Positions 9,405 through 18,596 of a stretch of DNA of 33,947 nt are shown here, in pieces. Position numbers and translations under genes: made by a program. The stretch lies in NCBI GenBank assembly GCA_963977445.1, contig CAXBPH010000046.1, forward strand, positions 1 through 33,947, read 5' to 3'. Source of the DNA: an uncultured bacterium. GTDB taxonomy: Bacteria > Hydrogenedentota > Hydrogenedentia > Hydrogenedentales > JAEUWI01. A model generated the notes under the pieces. It was not told the origin of the DNA and did not search any database. It was given only the letters and a program-made list of their open reading frames with translations. Every line of letters begins with the position of its first letter. Position 1 is the first letter of the stretch.

Positions 9405-12400
9405 CTATTTTTTGGTCAGCGCCGGTTTTTCCAGGGTGTTGTTTTGAAAGGCCGCTTTCAGCGATGCGACCAACGTGCATTCGTAGCCATCGATGCGGGC
9501 GATCAGGTCACCCTTGACCCGATCGACAAACTCGATGTTGGCCGTGGCCTTCCGTTTGTTGTGTTCCATCACCTGAATCAGAATGCGTGCCCCTTCTTTG
9601 GGGAAGCGGTTTACATACTGACGGTATTGGCCGACGAAACTGGGGAGGCTTCCCACGCCGTAGTGCTGGAAACTCCAGAGGATCATCATCTGGAAGCTGC
9701 TGTCGAGAATAAGGGGATCGGCCAGCCAGCTGTTGCGCAGGGGCGCGTCGATCCAGTTCTTTGGCGCAGGCGCTTTGCCTACGAGTGCTACGAGAATGTC
9801 ATCGGAAGCACCATCGACCGCGTCGAGTCCCTGGAAGGCGGGGCCGTGGAAGAGATGGCCGCCGTCATAGAGACCGCCGTTGTTGTAGGCCTTTTCCTTC
9901 AAACCTTCGGGCTGAATCCAGGGCATCTCCGATGGGAGGGTTTCCACCAGATTGACCTCGGCGGACGCATGGCGAATTTCTTTGTCTCCCGTCGGGTTGC
10001 TGCGCAGCTCCACGGGAATCCAGAGGCCGCCATCGCGCTCAATCACGTCACCGGAGCAGAGTTGTACCGTGCGGCTTTCGTCGGCATCGAGGGTGACGCC
10101 TTTCAAGACCCGCAAGCCATCGAGGCCGTGGAAACGAAGGCCGGGGTGGGCATGGAGTGCCGTGTGGGCGAACCATTCCGTAATCATGGCCACGGGTAAC
10201 ACGGCCTTGTGGTTCAATACGTGGGAGGCCAGGAAAGGGAAGGCATCCACATTCAAGTCGATATCAATGAGGGGGGGGCATGTGGCCTTGGTGCTCGCGA
10301 CAATCGCCGGGGCCGTTTCGCGGACCACGGCGGTCATTTCCGGTATCTCTCCGCCCATGACCACGATCTCCACGGGGCGTTTTCCGCTCTGGGACAATTC
10401 GTTGACCACAAACTGGGCGCCGTCTTCCAGTCCGATGAGGCCGACGCCTTCGGACTTGAAGAGTTTGGCCAGATCGGGCGTGACCATGCCGCCAGCCCAG
10501 GGCCCCCAGTTAACCGCAATGACGCGGCAATTCTCGCGGGAGGTGGATTGCTGTTGGGCGGTCTTGTTCAGAATTTCATTGGCAGCAGCATAGTCGATCT
10601 GGCCTTTGCGACCGAAACGTCCGGTCGACGAGGAGAAAAGGACCATAAAGCGGACATCATCTTCGCGGGCCGCAGCGAGTAGTGCCTGGATGCCGTCTAT
10701 CTTCGTGCCATAGACTTCGTTGAATTGCGCCGACGTTTTGTCTTCAATGAGTCGGTCGGCCAGCACGCCTGCACCGTGAACGAGGCCTTTAACGGGGCCA
10801 TATTCATTGCGCACTTCGTCGAGAAGTTCGGTGACGGCATCGGCATCGCGAATATCGACGGCGAAATACTCGACCGTCGCACCAGCGGCTTCCATGGCTT
10901 CGATGTTGCGGAGTGCCGCGCGATTGCGTTCGATGGCGGAGAGGGCATCGCGGAGTTCCTTGGGTTTCATGGTGCCCGTGGCCTGTTGAAGCAGGGCGGC
11001 GCGAATTTCTTCTTCGGATTCCAGATTCTGGAGCCACCCTTGCTCGGGGGTGGGGGCATCGCTCCGCCCCAGCAGGACGAGGGTGGGTTTCCAGGCCTTG
11101 GCCATGGCGAGGGCCACCTCAGCCGTAACGCCACGGGCACCGCCGGTAACGACGACTACCTCATTCTCGGCAATCGGCGCGGTGCCTTCGCTGCTAAGTT
11201 CGAGGGGAGAAAGGCTTGGTGTACAGAGGCCGTCACGTGAGATGCCCACTTCCAGGGGGCTCTCACTCAGCAGAATATCGGTGAGTAGTGAAGGTGCCTT
11301 CTTCGTGTCGACTGCGATGTCGATGGCTTTGCAACGGACGCCGGGCCACTCGTGGTGGGCCGTTTTGATGAGTCCGGCCAAGCCACCCGCAACAGGATCG
11401 CCCTGGACACTGATGGTGCCGAATTTTCCGTCCAGCTGGGTGATGGACGCCACGAAAGATACCCGTTGGGCCTTCAGGGCGGTGCCACATTGCTGAAGCC
11501 AGGCGAAAGCCTTCGCAATAAAGAAGGGCGGGCAGCCCTCTTCCGGTGCGACCAGGACCAGTCCGGCCAGGGTCGGAGGGATGCTCTCGGCAATGGGGTC
11601 GTCGAGTCCTACAATTCGGGCAGCGTAATCTTTACCTTGAATCGCCTTCGCCAATTCGATGCAGAGCTCATTGCCGCCGTCGACAATTAAGACCGCTGCC
11701 GTGGGAGAAAATTTGAGGGCTTCGGAGTTTTTCCCATCATAGGGGGTCGTCGTGACGCCACGAAGTGACAGGGGATCGCCCAGAACTGTTGCGGCCGGAG
11801 CCGCAGACGTGACGGCGGCAGGTGCTGAGGGTACCTGCGTCGAGGGTGCCGGTGCCGGGGGTGTCGGGGCCGATACAGGAGCCGATGCACCCTGTCCCGC
11901 GATGTAAGCGACGATATCACCGAGGGTGTGAAACTGACCCAATTGATCGGGGCCAAATTCAGGAGCCTCCGGCAGTTTCTCTTTGAGCGCCGACAGTATT
12001 TCCACCCGTTTAATGGAGTCGATGCCCAAGTCCGCATCGAGGGACATGGTCAATTCCAGCATCTCGGTGGGATAACCCGTTTTGTCCGCGATGGTGGCGA
12101 GTAGGGCTGTTTCGATGGTGTTGGTATTCACTGCGCCGGTGGACGTCGCGGTCTTGGCGGGTGTCGTGGTCGTGTTCGTTTGTGCGGCGCTGGCCACACC
12201 AGCGTTTCCACTGGCGGCGATGTAGTCCACAATGTCGCCGAGGGTGTGGAACGTGCCCAACTGATCGGGTCCAAACTCGGGGGCTTCCGGCAGGGCTTCC
12301 TTGAGGGCGGAGAGGATTTCTACCCGTTTGATGGAATCGATGCCGAGGTCCGCGTCGAGAGACATGGTCAATTCCAGCATCTCTGTGGGATAGCCTGTTT

Positions 12401-15400
12401 TGTCCGCGATAGTGGCGAGTAGGGCGGTTTCGATGGCGTCGGTGTTTACGGTGCCGGTGGACGCATTGGCCGTATTGGATTGCACAGGGCTGTTGGCACC
12501 GAAGTTCCCATTGGCGGCGATGTATTCTACGATGTCGCCGAGGGTGTGGAAAGTGCCCAACTGGTCGGGGCCGAACTCGGGTGCTTCCGGCAGGGCCTCT
12601 TTGAGTGCCGAAAGGATTTCGACGCGCTTGATGGAGTCAATGCCCAGGTCGGCGTCCAGGGACATGCCCAGTTCGAGCATTTCCGTGGGATAGCCCGTCT
12701 TCTCCGCGATGGTGGCGAGGAGTGCGGCTTCGATGGCGTCGGTAGTAGCCGAGGCCGAGGCCTGAGGCGCGGCGACGGCTGTCGCGTCGAAACTTCCGTT
12801 GACGGCGATGTAGTCAACAATGTCGCCGAGGGTGTGGAAGGTGCCCAACTGGTCGGGGCCGAATTCGGGAGCCTCTGGCAGGGCTTCTTTGAGTGCCGAA
12901 AGGATTTCGACGCGCTTGATGGAGTCAATACCCAGATCGGCGTCGAGGGACATGCCGAGCTCGAGCATTTCCGTGGGATAGCCCGTCTTCTCGGCGATGG
13001 TGGCGAGGAGGGTCGTCTCGATGGCCGAGGTGTCGGTTGCGGGCGCGCTTTGCACCGCAGGGGGCGTTTGCAATGAGGCTGTTGTAGCGGTCTCATTGGT
13101 CCCATGGGTCTCAGGAATGGCTGCGACAACCGAAGGTGCCGCCTGTGCGACCGGCGCAGGTGCGACGGCCATCGGCGTCAGGGGCTGGCCCGCGAGCAAC
13201 TGCTGTTGTTGATTCAAGAGGCCCTTGAAAGTTTCCAGAGTCGCCTGCTGTCCTTCGAGGAACTGGCGGTGGAGATCGGCCGTCTGTTGCTGCATACGCT
13301 GGAGGGCTACCAGGTGTTCCTGGGCGATCTGTGCGGCACCCGTGGGCATCGTCGTGGCGACAGAGGCAGTGGAAGTCTTTGTAGATTCGTGTTTTTGCAT
13401 AGCGACGGGGGCAGGGCTCGGGTTGCTTGCCGGGGCAAGGATTGGACGGGGTGCGGCCTTCGCTTTTCGGGGCCGGGGACTAACGTGATTCGCACCACAA
13501 ATGGGCACGAGTAATTTCGCTTTGGGCTTCAGGGCTTCGGGGTCCATGGGACCATTCAGGTTCCAGGCATGGAGTTCGACACCATAGCCCAGGGCAGAAA
13601 GCTCCGCCAGGGCACGGCCGAGGTCGAGAATGCCGTTCCGTTTTCCATTCGATCCATCGATGGCAACGCAATGGTGGGGCTGGTCGCCGAGGATGGCGTC
13701 GACCAGGCCCGACATGCGGGAACCGGGACCCACTTCCAGGAAAGTGCGGACACCGTCTTCATACATCTGTTGGATTTGCGCGACGAAAGATACAGGCTTG
13801 GCGAGTTGTTCGGCCACCAGACTACGGATGGTGTCTCCGTCGGTGGGGTAGGCCGTCGCCGTTGTATTGGAATAGAGCGTCACATCCCCATCGGCCAGTT
13901 CCATACCCTGGAGGGCTTCAAGAAAGGGTGCTGCCACATGGGATACATATTCACTGTGAAAGGCCGCAGCCACGGGCAACACTTTAGTCTGTATGCCCTT
14001 CTCGGAAAATACCGTGTCGGCGTGGGCGATGGCATCGGTGCCTCCCGAAAGGACCATCTGTTCCGGCGCATTTTTGTTGGCAATGATGACGTCGAGTTTT
14101 GCTTCAGCGATGACAGCTTCGACGGCATCTTCCTGCGCACGGACAGCCATCATGGAGCCCTTGTCCCCTTCGCCCTGGCCCATAAGGGCACCGCGAAGTT
14201 TGGATAGGCGATGGAAGTCGCTCTCGGAAATCTTTCCCGAAGCGAGGAGTCCAACGATCTCGCCATAGCTGTGACCGGCGATAGCGTCGGCCTCAATGCC
14301 GAAACCTTTCACGACGTGGAGGGCACCAGCACTTACCGCACCAATGGCCGACGGGGCGACGGGCGTTGCGGTCAAGTTTTTTAGCTGCTGCCCTTCTGCC
14401 TCGGCCCCAAAAGCGGGGTGGGGATAAATCAGATCACTTAAACGGGGTGTGCCGTCAAAGACCTCATTGGCGTTGTGGAGGACCTGGAGAAATTCGGGGA
14501 ACTGGCACGCCAAGTCACCGAGCATACCCACATATTGGGTGCCCTGCCCCGGAAAGAGGAAGGCCAGCTTTCCAGGCGTGGTGCCGCTGCCGTAGTAAAC
14601 GCCGGTGGGCAGACTCCAGGCTGCTTCGCCGGATTTGGATTTTAACGTGCTCAGGGCCTGGCCCACCAGTTTGGCGAGGTCGGCGCCTTGTTCCACGACC
14701 AGCGTCACACGACAGGGGGCGGCACTATCAAAGGCTTCGCGCAATTCGATGGCCTTCAAGCGGATCGCACTCCAGCCCTCCCATTGAGGGGCTTCGGCCA
14801 CCTGGCGTTGCAGGGCCTCGGGCGTGTCGGCGGAGAAGGAAAGTATTTCCGCCGTGCCTGCCCAATCGGGAGCGGCCTTGGTGGAGCCATATTCTTCCAG
14901 CACCGCATGGAAATTGCTGCCACCGAAGCCAAGCGCGCTCACGGCCGCCCGACGGGGATGTCCCTCTCGGGAAAGCCAGGGGCGCAATTTGGTGTTGGCA
15001 TAGAACGCAGAGTCCGCAGCCTTCAAGGGGCCCAACGGTTCCGTAATTTTGATGGTGGGGGGCAGGACCTTGTTGTAGAGGGCCAGGGTGGCCTTGATCA
15101 GGGCCGCTGCGCCAGACGCCGCCTTGGTGTGTCCAATTTGTGACTTTACCGAGCCAATGGCGCACCAGGCTCCGTCTGTCGCGCTGCCATAGACTTCCGT
15201 CAGAGCATTGACTTCGACAGCATCGCCTTTGGCCGTGCCCGTGCCGTGGGCCTCCACCAGTTCAATCGTCCGGGGATCGAAGTTCGCCTGCTCATAGGCA
15301 CGCTTCAGGGCTTTCACCTGGCCTTTGGCACTGGGCGCGTAAATCGCATCGCCCTTGCCATCGCTGGATGAACCGATGCCCTTAAGCACGGCATACACGC

Positions 15401-16286
15401 GATCACCATCTCGTTCCGCATCACTCAGGCGTTTGAGAGCCACCATACCGAGGCCTTCGCCCAGGATAGTGCCATCGCCGCTCGCGTCGAAGGGTTTGGC
15501 GTTGCCCGTGGGGGAGAGTGCGGGCGTCTTGCTGAAACACATGAACATGAAAATGTCGTTGAAGGTATCTACACCGCCGCTGATGACGAGGTCGCTTTTT
15601 CCGGCCTGGAGTTCCAGCATGGCCAGATGCACGGCGCTCAGGGAACTGGCGCAGGCCGCGTCTACCACACAATTGGTGCCGCCGAGGTTCAGGTGTTTGG
15701 TGATGCGTCCGGCGACGACGTTGCCCAACAATCCCGGAAAAGAGGCTTCCTGCCAGGGAACATATTGCTCGGCCATGCGTTCGAGCACATCATCGACGGT
15801 GGCCTGATCGAGTCCGGCATCCTGGAGGGCTTGCCGCCATTTGGGATGGCCCAGACGGGCGCCGAGGGGGATGACCAGCTCAAGGGCACCTGTGACACCC
15901 ACGACCACACTGACGCGATCACGGTCGAAATCGGCATCGGGACCATAGCCCGCATCGCGCAGCGCCCGGTCGGCTGCGACCATACCCAGGAGCTGGGCCG
16001 TGTCGGTCGCTTCCAGGGCATTGGGGGGCATGCCATATTCGAGGGGGTTAAAGTCGATAGGTTCCAGGAAACCGCCGCGCTTACCATAAGTAAAGTCCGG
16101 CCGTTTCGGGTCGGCATCGTAATAGTCTTCGGGACGCCAATGGCTCTCGGGCGTTTCGATGATGGCATCGATGCCGTGTTTGATGTTGGCCCAGTAGGCC
16201 CCGAGGTGATTGGCCTTGGGGAAAAGGCAGCCCATACCGACGATAGCGATGTCGGCAGGCGTTTGGGATGACGAGGGTTTGCTCAC
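9405..16286 (-). CDS. pfaA: PfaA-type iterative PUFA synthase subunit: KS - MAT - 4xACP - KR - PKS-type DH
   Basis: 2293 aa. DAACASS/EAHGTGT/IGHTK; GHSYG and AFHS; four LGIDSIKRVEIL; TGGARGV, HGAGVLAD, YAAAN; HVLNHKAVLP. GTG start overlaps the pfaD TGA (GTGA at 16283-16286). Confidence 0.95.
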   Translation of the reverse strand: MSKPSSSQTPADIAIVGMGCLFPKANHLGAYWANIKHGIDAIIETPESHWRPEDYYDADPKRPDFTYGKRGGFLEPIDFNPLEYGMPPNALEATDTAQLLGMVAADRALRDAGYGPDADFDRDRVSVVVGVTGALELVIPLGARLGHPKWRQALQDAGLDQATVDDVLERMAEQYVPWQEASFPGLLGNVVAGRITKHLNLGGTNCVVDAACASSLSAVHLAMLELQAGKSDLVISGGVDTFNDIFMFMCFSKTPALSPTGNAKPFDASGDGTILGEGLGMVALKRLSDAERDGDRVYAVLKGIGSSSDGKGDAIYAPSAKGQVKALKRAYEQANFDPRTIELVEAHGTGTAKGDAVEVNALTEVYGSATDGAWCAIGSVKSQIGHTKAASGAAALIKATLALYNKVLPPTIKITEPLGPLKAADSAFYANTKLRPWLSREGHPRRAAVSALGFGGSNFHAVLEEYGSTKAAPDWAGTAEILSFSADTPEALQRQVAEAPQWEGWSAIRLKAIELREAFDSAAPCRVTLVVEQGADLAKLVGQALSTLKSKSGEAAWSLPTGVYYGSGTTPGKLAFLFPGQGTQYVGMLGDLACQFPEFLQVLHNANEVFDGTPRLSDLIYPHPAFGAEAEGQQLKNLTATPVAPSAIGAVSAGALHVVKGFGIEADAIAGHSYGEIVGLLASGKISESDFHRLSKLRGALMGQGEGDKGSMMAVRAQEDAVEAVIAEAKLDVIIANKNAPEQMVLSGGTDAIAHADTVFSEKGIQTKVLPVAAAFHSEYVSHVAAPFLEALQGMELADGDVTLYSNTTATAYPTDGDTIRSLVAEQLAKPVSFVAQIQQMYEDGVRTFLEVGPGSRMSGLVDAILGDQPHHCVAIDGSNGKRNGILDLGRALAELSALGYGVELHAWNLNGPMDPEALKPKAKLLVPICGANHVSPRPRKAKAAPRPILAPASNPSPAPVAMQKHESTKTSTASVATTMPTGAAQIAQEHLVALQRMQQQTADLHRQFLEGQQATLETFKGLLNQQQQLLAGQPLTPMAVAPAPVAQAAPSVVAAIPETHGTNETATTASLQTPPAVQSAPATDTSAIETTLLATIAEKTGYPTEMLELGMSLDADLGIDSIKRVEILSALKEALPEAPEFGPDQLGTFHTLGDIVDYIAVNGSFDATAVAAPQASASATTDAIEAALLATIAEKTGYPTEMLELGMSLDADLGIDSIKRVEILSALKEALPEAPEFGPDQLGTFHTLGDIVEYIAANGNFGANSPVQSNTANASTGTVNTDAIETALLATIADKTGYPTEMLELTMSLDADLGIDSIKRVEILSALKEALPEAPEFGPDQLGTFHTLGDIVDYIAASGNAGVASAAQTNTTTTPAKTATSTGAVNTNTIETALLATIADKTGYPTEMLELTMSLDADLGIDSIKRVEILSALKEKLPEAPEFGPDQLGQFHTLGDIVAYIAGQGASAPVSAPTPPAPAPSTQVPSAPAAVTSAAPAATVLGDPLSLRGVTTTPYDGKNSEALKFSPTAAVLIVDGGNELCIELAKAIQGKDYAARIVGLDDPIAESIPPTLAGLVLVAPEEGCPPFFIAKAFAWLQQCGTALKAQRVSFVASITQLDGKFGTISVQGDPVAGGLAGLIKTAHHEWPGVRCKAIDIAVDTKKAPSLLTDILLSESPLEVGISRDGLCTPSLSPLELSSEGTAPIAENEVVVVTGGARGVTAEVALAMAKAWKPTLVLLGRSDAPTPEQGWLQNLESEEEIRAALLQQATGTMKPKELRDALSAIERNRAALRNIEAMEAAGATVEYFAVDIRDADAVTELLDEVRNEYGPVKGLVHGAGVLADRLIEDKTSAQFNEVYGTKIDGIQALLAAAREDDVRFMVLFSSSTGRFGRKGQIDYAAANEILNKTAQQQSTSRENCRVIAVNWGPWAGGMVTPDLAKLFKSEGVGLIGLEDGAQFVVNELSQSGKRPVEIVVMGGEIPEMTAVVRETAPAIVASTKATCPPLIDIDLNVDAFPFLASHVLNHKAVLPVAMITEWFAHTALHAHPGLRFHGLDGLRVLKGVTLDADESRTVQLCSGDVIERDGGLWIPVELRSNPTGDKEIRHASAEVNLVETLPSEMPWIQPEGLKEKAYNNGGLYDGGHLFHGPAFQGLDAVDGASDDILVALVGKAPAPKNWIDAPLRNSWLADPLILDSSFQMMILWSFQHYGVGSLPSFVGQYRQYVNRFPKEGARILIQVMEHNKRKATANIEFVDRVKGDLIARIDGYECTLVASLKAAFQNNTLEKPALTKK
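11905..13025 (-). repeat. Four tandem, near-identical ACP domains inside pfaA
   Basis: IE(T/A)xLLATIA(E/D)KTGYPTEMLEL...LGIDSIKRVEILSALKE...FHTLGDIV repeated four times with Ala/Thr-rich linkers. Boundaries approximate. Confidence 0.93.
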
Positions 16287-17941
16287 CGGATGAATTCCTC
16301 CAATTGGGGACGTTCCAGGGGGAGATAGTTACTACAGGCCGGGGGCACCGCAATGCCCTGGCTGGAGAGTGTCGTGCTTCGGGTTACTACCGCTGCGCCG
16401 TGCAGAATATTCAGGGCGACAAGGGCAACTTCACGCTTTTCCGGGGCTTCGAGAAAGGTGCCGCGCACCCATTCATTAAAAGCACCCATGGCCGGGCCGC
16501 ACCAGACCTGAAAGTCGATTTTGCGGTCGGGAATACCCCGGTTGGCCCAAATGGAGGCCTGACCAAGGTAAGAGCGAAATAGGAGGGCCATTTTATGTTT
16601 AGGGTCTTGTTCCGCGCGGACAATCTGTTTGGGATCGCGCTGCTGGAAGAAGGCCTTGGTTTCTTCCCAAATCTGGGTCAAGGGAGCCCGAAAAAGCTGT
16701 TTTTCCAACTTGGCGCGCTCTTCGGCGGGAATTTCGTCGATATTCTTGTGGAGACGATAGAGCTCGAAGAGTCGGGCACCGCGCATGCTAAACATGGTCC
16801 CCCGTTTAAGGACCTGGACATCTACGCCCATTTCAAACATATCGGCGGCCGGGGCCATGGCGGTATCGGCCTGTCCCGCTTCGGCCAGCATCTGGCGGAC
16901 CACGTCCGAGGAGCCACTTTCCACGCAGGCCTGGTTCACCGAGCCCGTAACGATATAGGCGGCTCCCATGGCGAAGGCGGCCGCGGCGGAGGCGGGGGTG
17001 GAGATGCCACCGGCCAGGCCGACACGGGGTGCCGTGGAGTAATTGAATTTTTCTTGCATACGATTCCGCAGGGCAATAATCGTCGGGAGCAGGGCGATGG
17101 CGGGTCGGTTGTCCGTGTGGCCGCCCGAGTCCGCCTCGGCCGTGATGTCGTCGGCCATGGGGATGCGCATGGCCAGCTCGGCCTGGGCTTCCGTCAACTC
17201 TCCGTTGGCCACAAGGGGCTCCAGAAAGCGGGCCGGTGGTGGCGACAAGAACTTTTCGGCCACTTCGACGCGGGATACCTTGGCGATGACCCGATTGGGG
17301 ACGACAACCGTGCCGTCGGCGTCTTCATGGATGCCGTGAACGCGGTATTTTACGATGGCAGGCGTAAGATCAAGATAGGCCGACGCTTCCACGAGATGAA
17401 CGTCTCGTTGAATCAGCAAGGACGCCACCGCACCTTCCAGCGCTTGTTCGTTGGGACTGTGGATGAGATTGACGCCGAAGGGCCGATCACCGAGGCTTTT
17501 CTGAAGGCGATCCAGGGCCTGTTCCACCCGATCGAGGGCCAGGCCCGCCGCACCGAAGATACCCAGGAGGCCTTCCTTCGCCAGCGCTTCGACCAGTTCT
17601 TCCGAGGCAATCCCATTGGCCATGGCACCACCATAATAGGCGAATTTTACCCCGTGGTCCCGGCAGAAGGTCGCATCGCCCAGATTGGCGGCATGACAGG
17701 GGAGACCAAGGGCTACAACGGGCCGGGAATCGCTGTCTGCGCTTCCATTAGGAAGGTTGCGGCTGGCGGCCAGGGTCCTGTCGGCCCTCTGGACGATAGC
17801 GAAGGGCGTGGCCGTTTCCTGGAGCAATTGGGTGAATGCCTCGCCATTGAGGGGGATAAACGGGTGGTCGGCGGGCACACTTCCCCATAGGGAGCGGGCC
17901 AGGGGCGAGTCAATTGATTTGTCCGGGCTGAGCAACGGCAT
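16283..17941 (-). CDS. pfaD: PfaD, FMN-dependent trans-enoyl-ACP reductase (FabK/NMO fold)
   Basis: GAMANGIAS, VEASAY, EADSGGHTD, APAADMFEMG, QVWCGPAMGAFN. ATG at 17941 with AGGA upstream preferred over the track's GTG at 17968. Confidence 0.95.
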   Translation of the reverse strand: MPLLSPDKSIDSPLARSLWGSVPADHPFIPLNGEAFTQLLQETATPFAIVQRADRTLAASRNLPNGSADSDSRPVVALGLPCHAANLGDATFCRDHGVKFAYYGGAMANGIASEELVEALAKEGLLGIFGAAGLALDRVEQALDRLQKSLGDRPFGVNLIHSPNEQALEGAVASLLIQRDVHLVEASAYLDLTPAIVKYRVHGIHEDADGTVVVPNRVIAKVSRVEVAEKFLSPPPARFLEPLVANGELTEAQAELAMRIPMADDITAEADSGGHTDNRPAIALLPTIIALRNRMQEKFNYSTAPRVGLAGGISTPASAAAAFAMGAAYIVTGSVNQACVESGSSDVVRQMLAEAGQADTAMAPAADMFEMGVDVQVLKRGTMFSMRGARLFELYRLHKNIDEIPAEERAKLEKQLFRAPLTQIWEETKAFFQQRDPKQIVRAEQDPKHKMALLFRSYLGQASIWANRGIPDRKIDFQVWCGPAMGAFNEWVRGTFLEAPEKREVALVALNILHGAAVVTRSTTLSSQGIAVPPACSNYLPLERPQLEEFIR

Positions 17942-18238
17942 GCAGCAATTCCTGCAGGTAAGTCGCACGGTTTGTGCGATGTAACTATCTGTAAATAAAT
18001 CGGTTAGGTCTGATGGTGGGGCGTGCCCCGGCGTGGTGGTGTGCCCCGTATTTTTCGTGGGGTCTATCGGCGCAAATTTCCGCCTCGCGTGTCGCTACGC
18101 CGTCCGTGCCTAAAAGACCTCCATGATAGCATTGAACGGCGTAAGAAGGCCAATCGCATGGGCTTGCGCATAGGCACCCATGCGAAGGGATGGTGTCTCG
18201 CTCCTATGAGCAAAAGGGTGCGGCACGGTGTCGTGCCG

Positions 18239-18596
18239 GGGACTGCACCGACCGAGCCATGTCGTGGAGCAGGTAGATTGGTGGTGTGCCAAAGACGAAG
18301 GGACCAAGGGACGTGAACGTTAATCGTCGGGGCCGTCCCCCTGAGTGGGAATTCCCCTTGAGTGCGATTACCCTCCGCGGACAGCCCCGACCAGCCACCA
18401 CGCCCTACATACCCCCAATCGCCTTGGCACCAAGACGTCGCCCCCGCCCATCACGTTATTCGGGTCGGTACAGTCCCGTGTGACGACCTTCAGGGGGAAC
18501 AGCCCCGACCAGCAACGACACTCACTATGCCCACGTTTTCCATGGCAAAAAAACATCATTGCCTTGCCATTACATTCCCGAGGTCGGCGCAGTCCC
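18239..18596. repeat. Three ~100-bp units bounded by inverted 14-bp motifs (18239-18339, 18378-18477, 18496-18596)
   Basis: Six copies of GGGAC(A/T/G)GNNCCGAC in alternating orientation with inner gaps of 73, 72 and 73 bp. Interiors are weakly homologous. Confidence 0.75.

Noticed and set aside
18034..18290. 12-bp direct repeat tggtggtgtgcc (18034 and 18279) as a fourth cassette
   Set aside because: The expected terminal 14-mers are missing around the 18034 copy, so it may be chance.
18239..18596. CRISPR array or integron attC interpretation of the cassettes
   Set aside because: Repeats are 14 bp and alternate in orientation, interiors are homologous, there are no RYYYAAC/GTTRRRY ends, and no cas or integrase gene is present.
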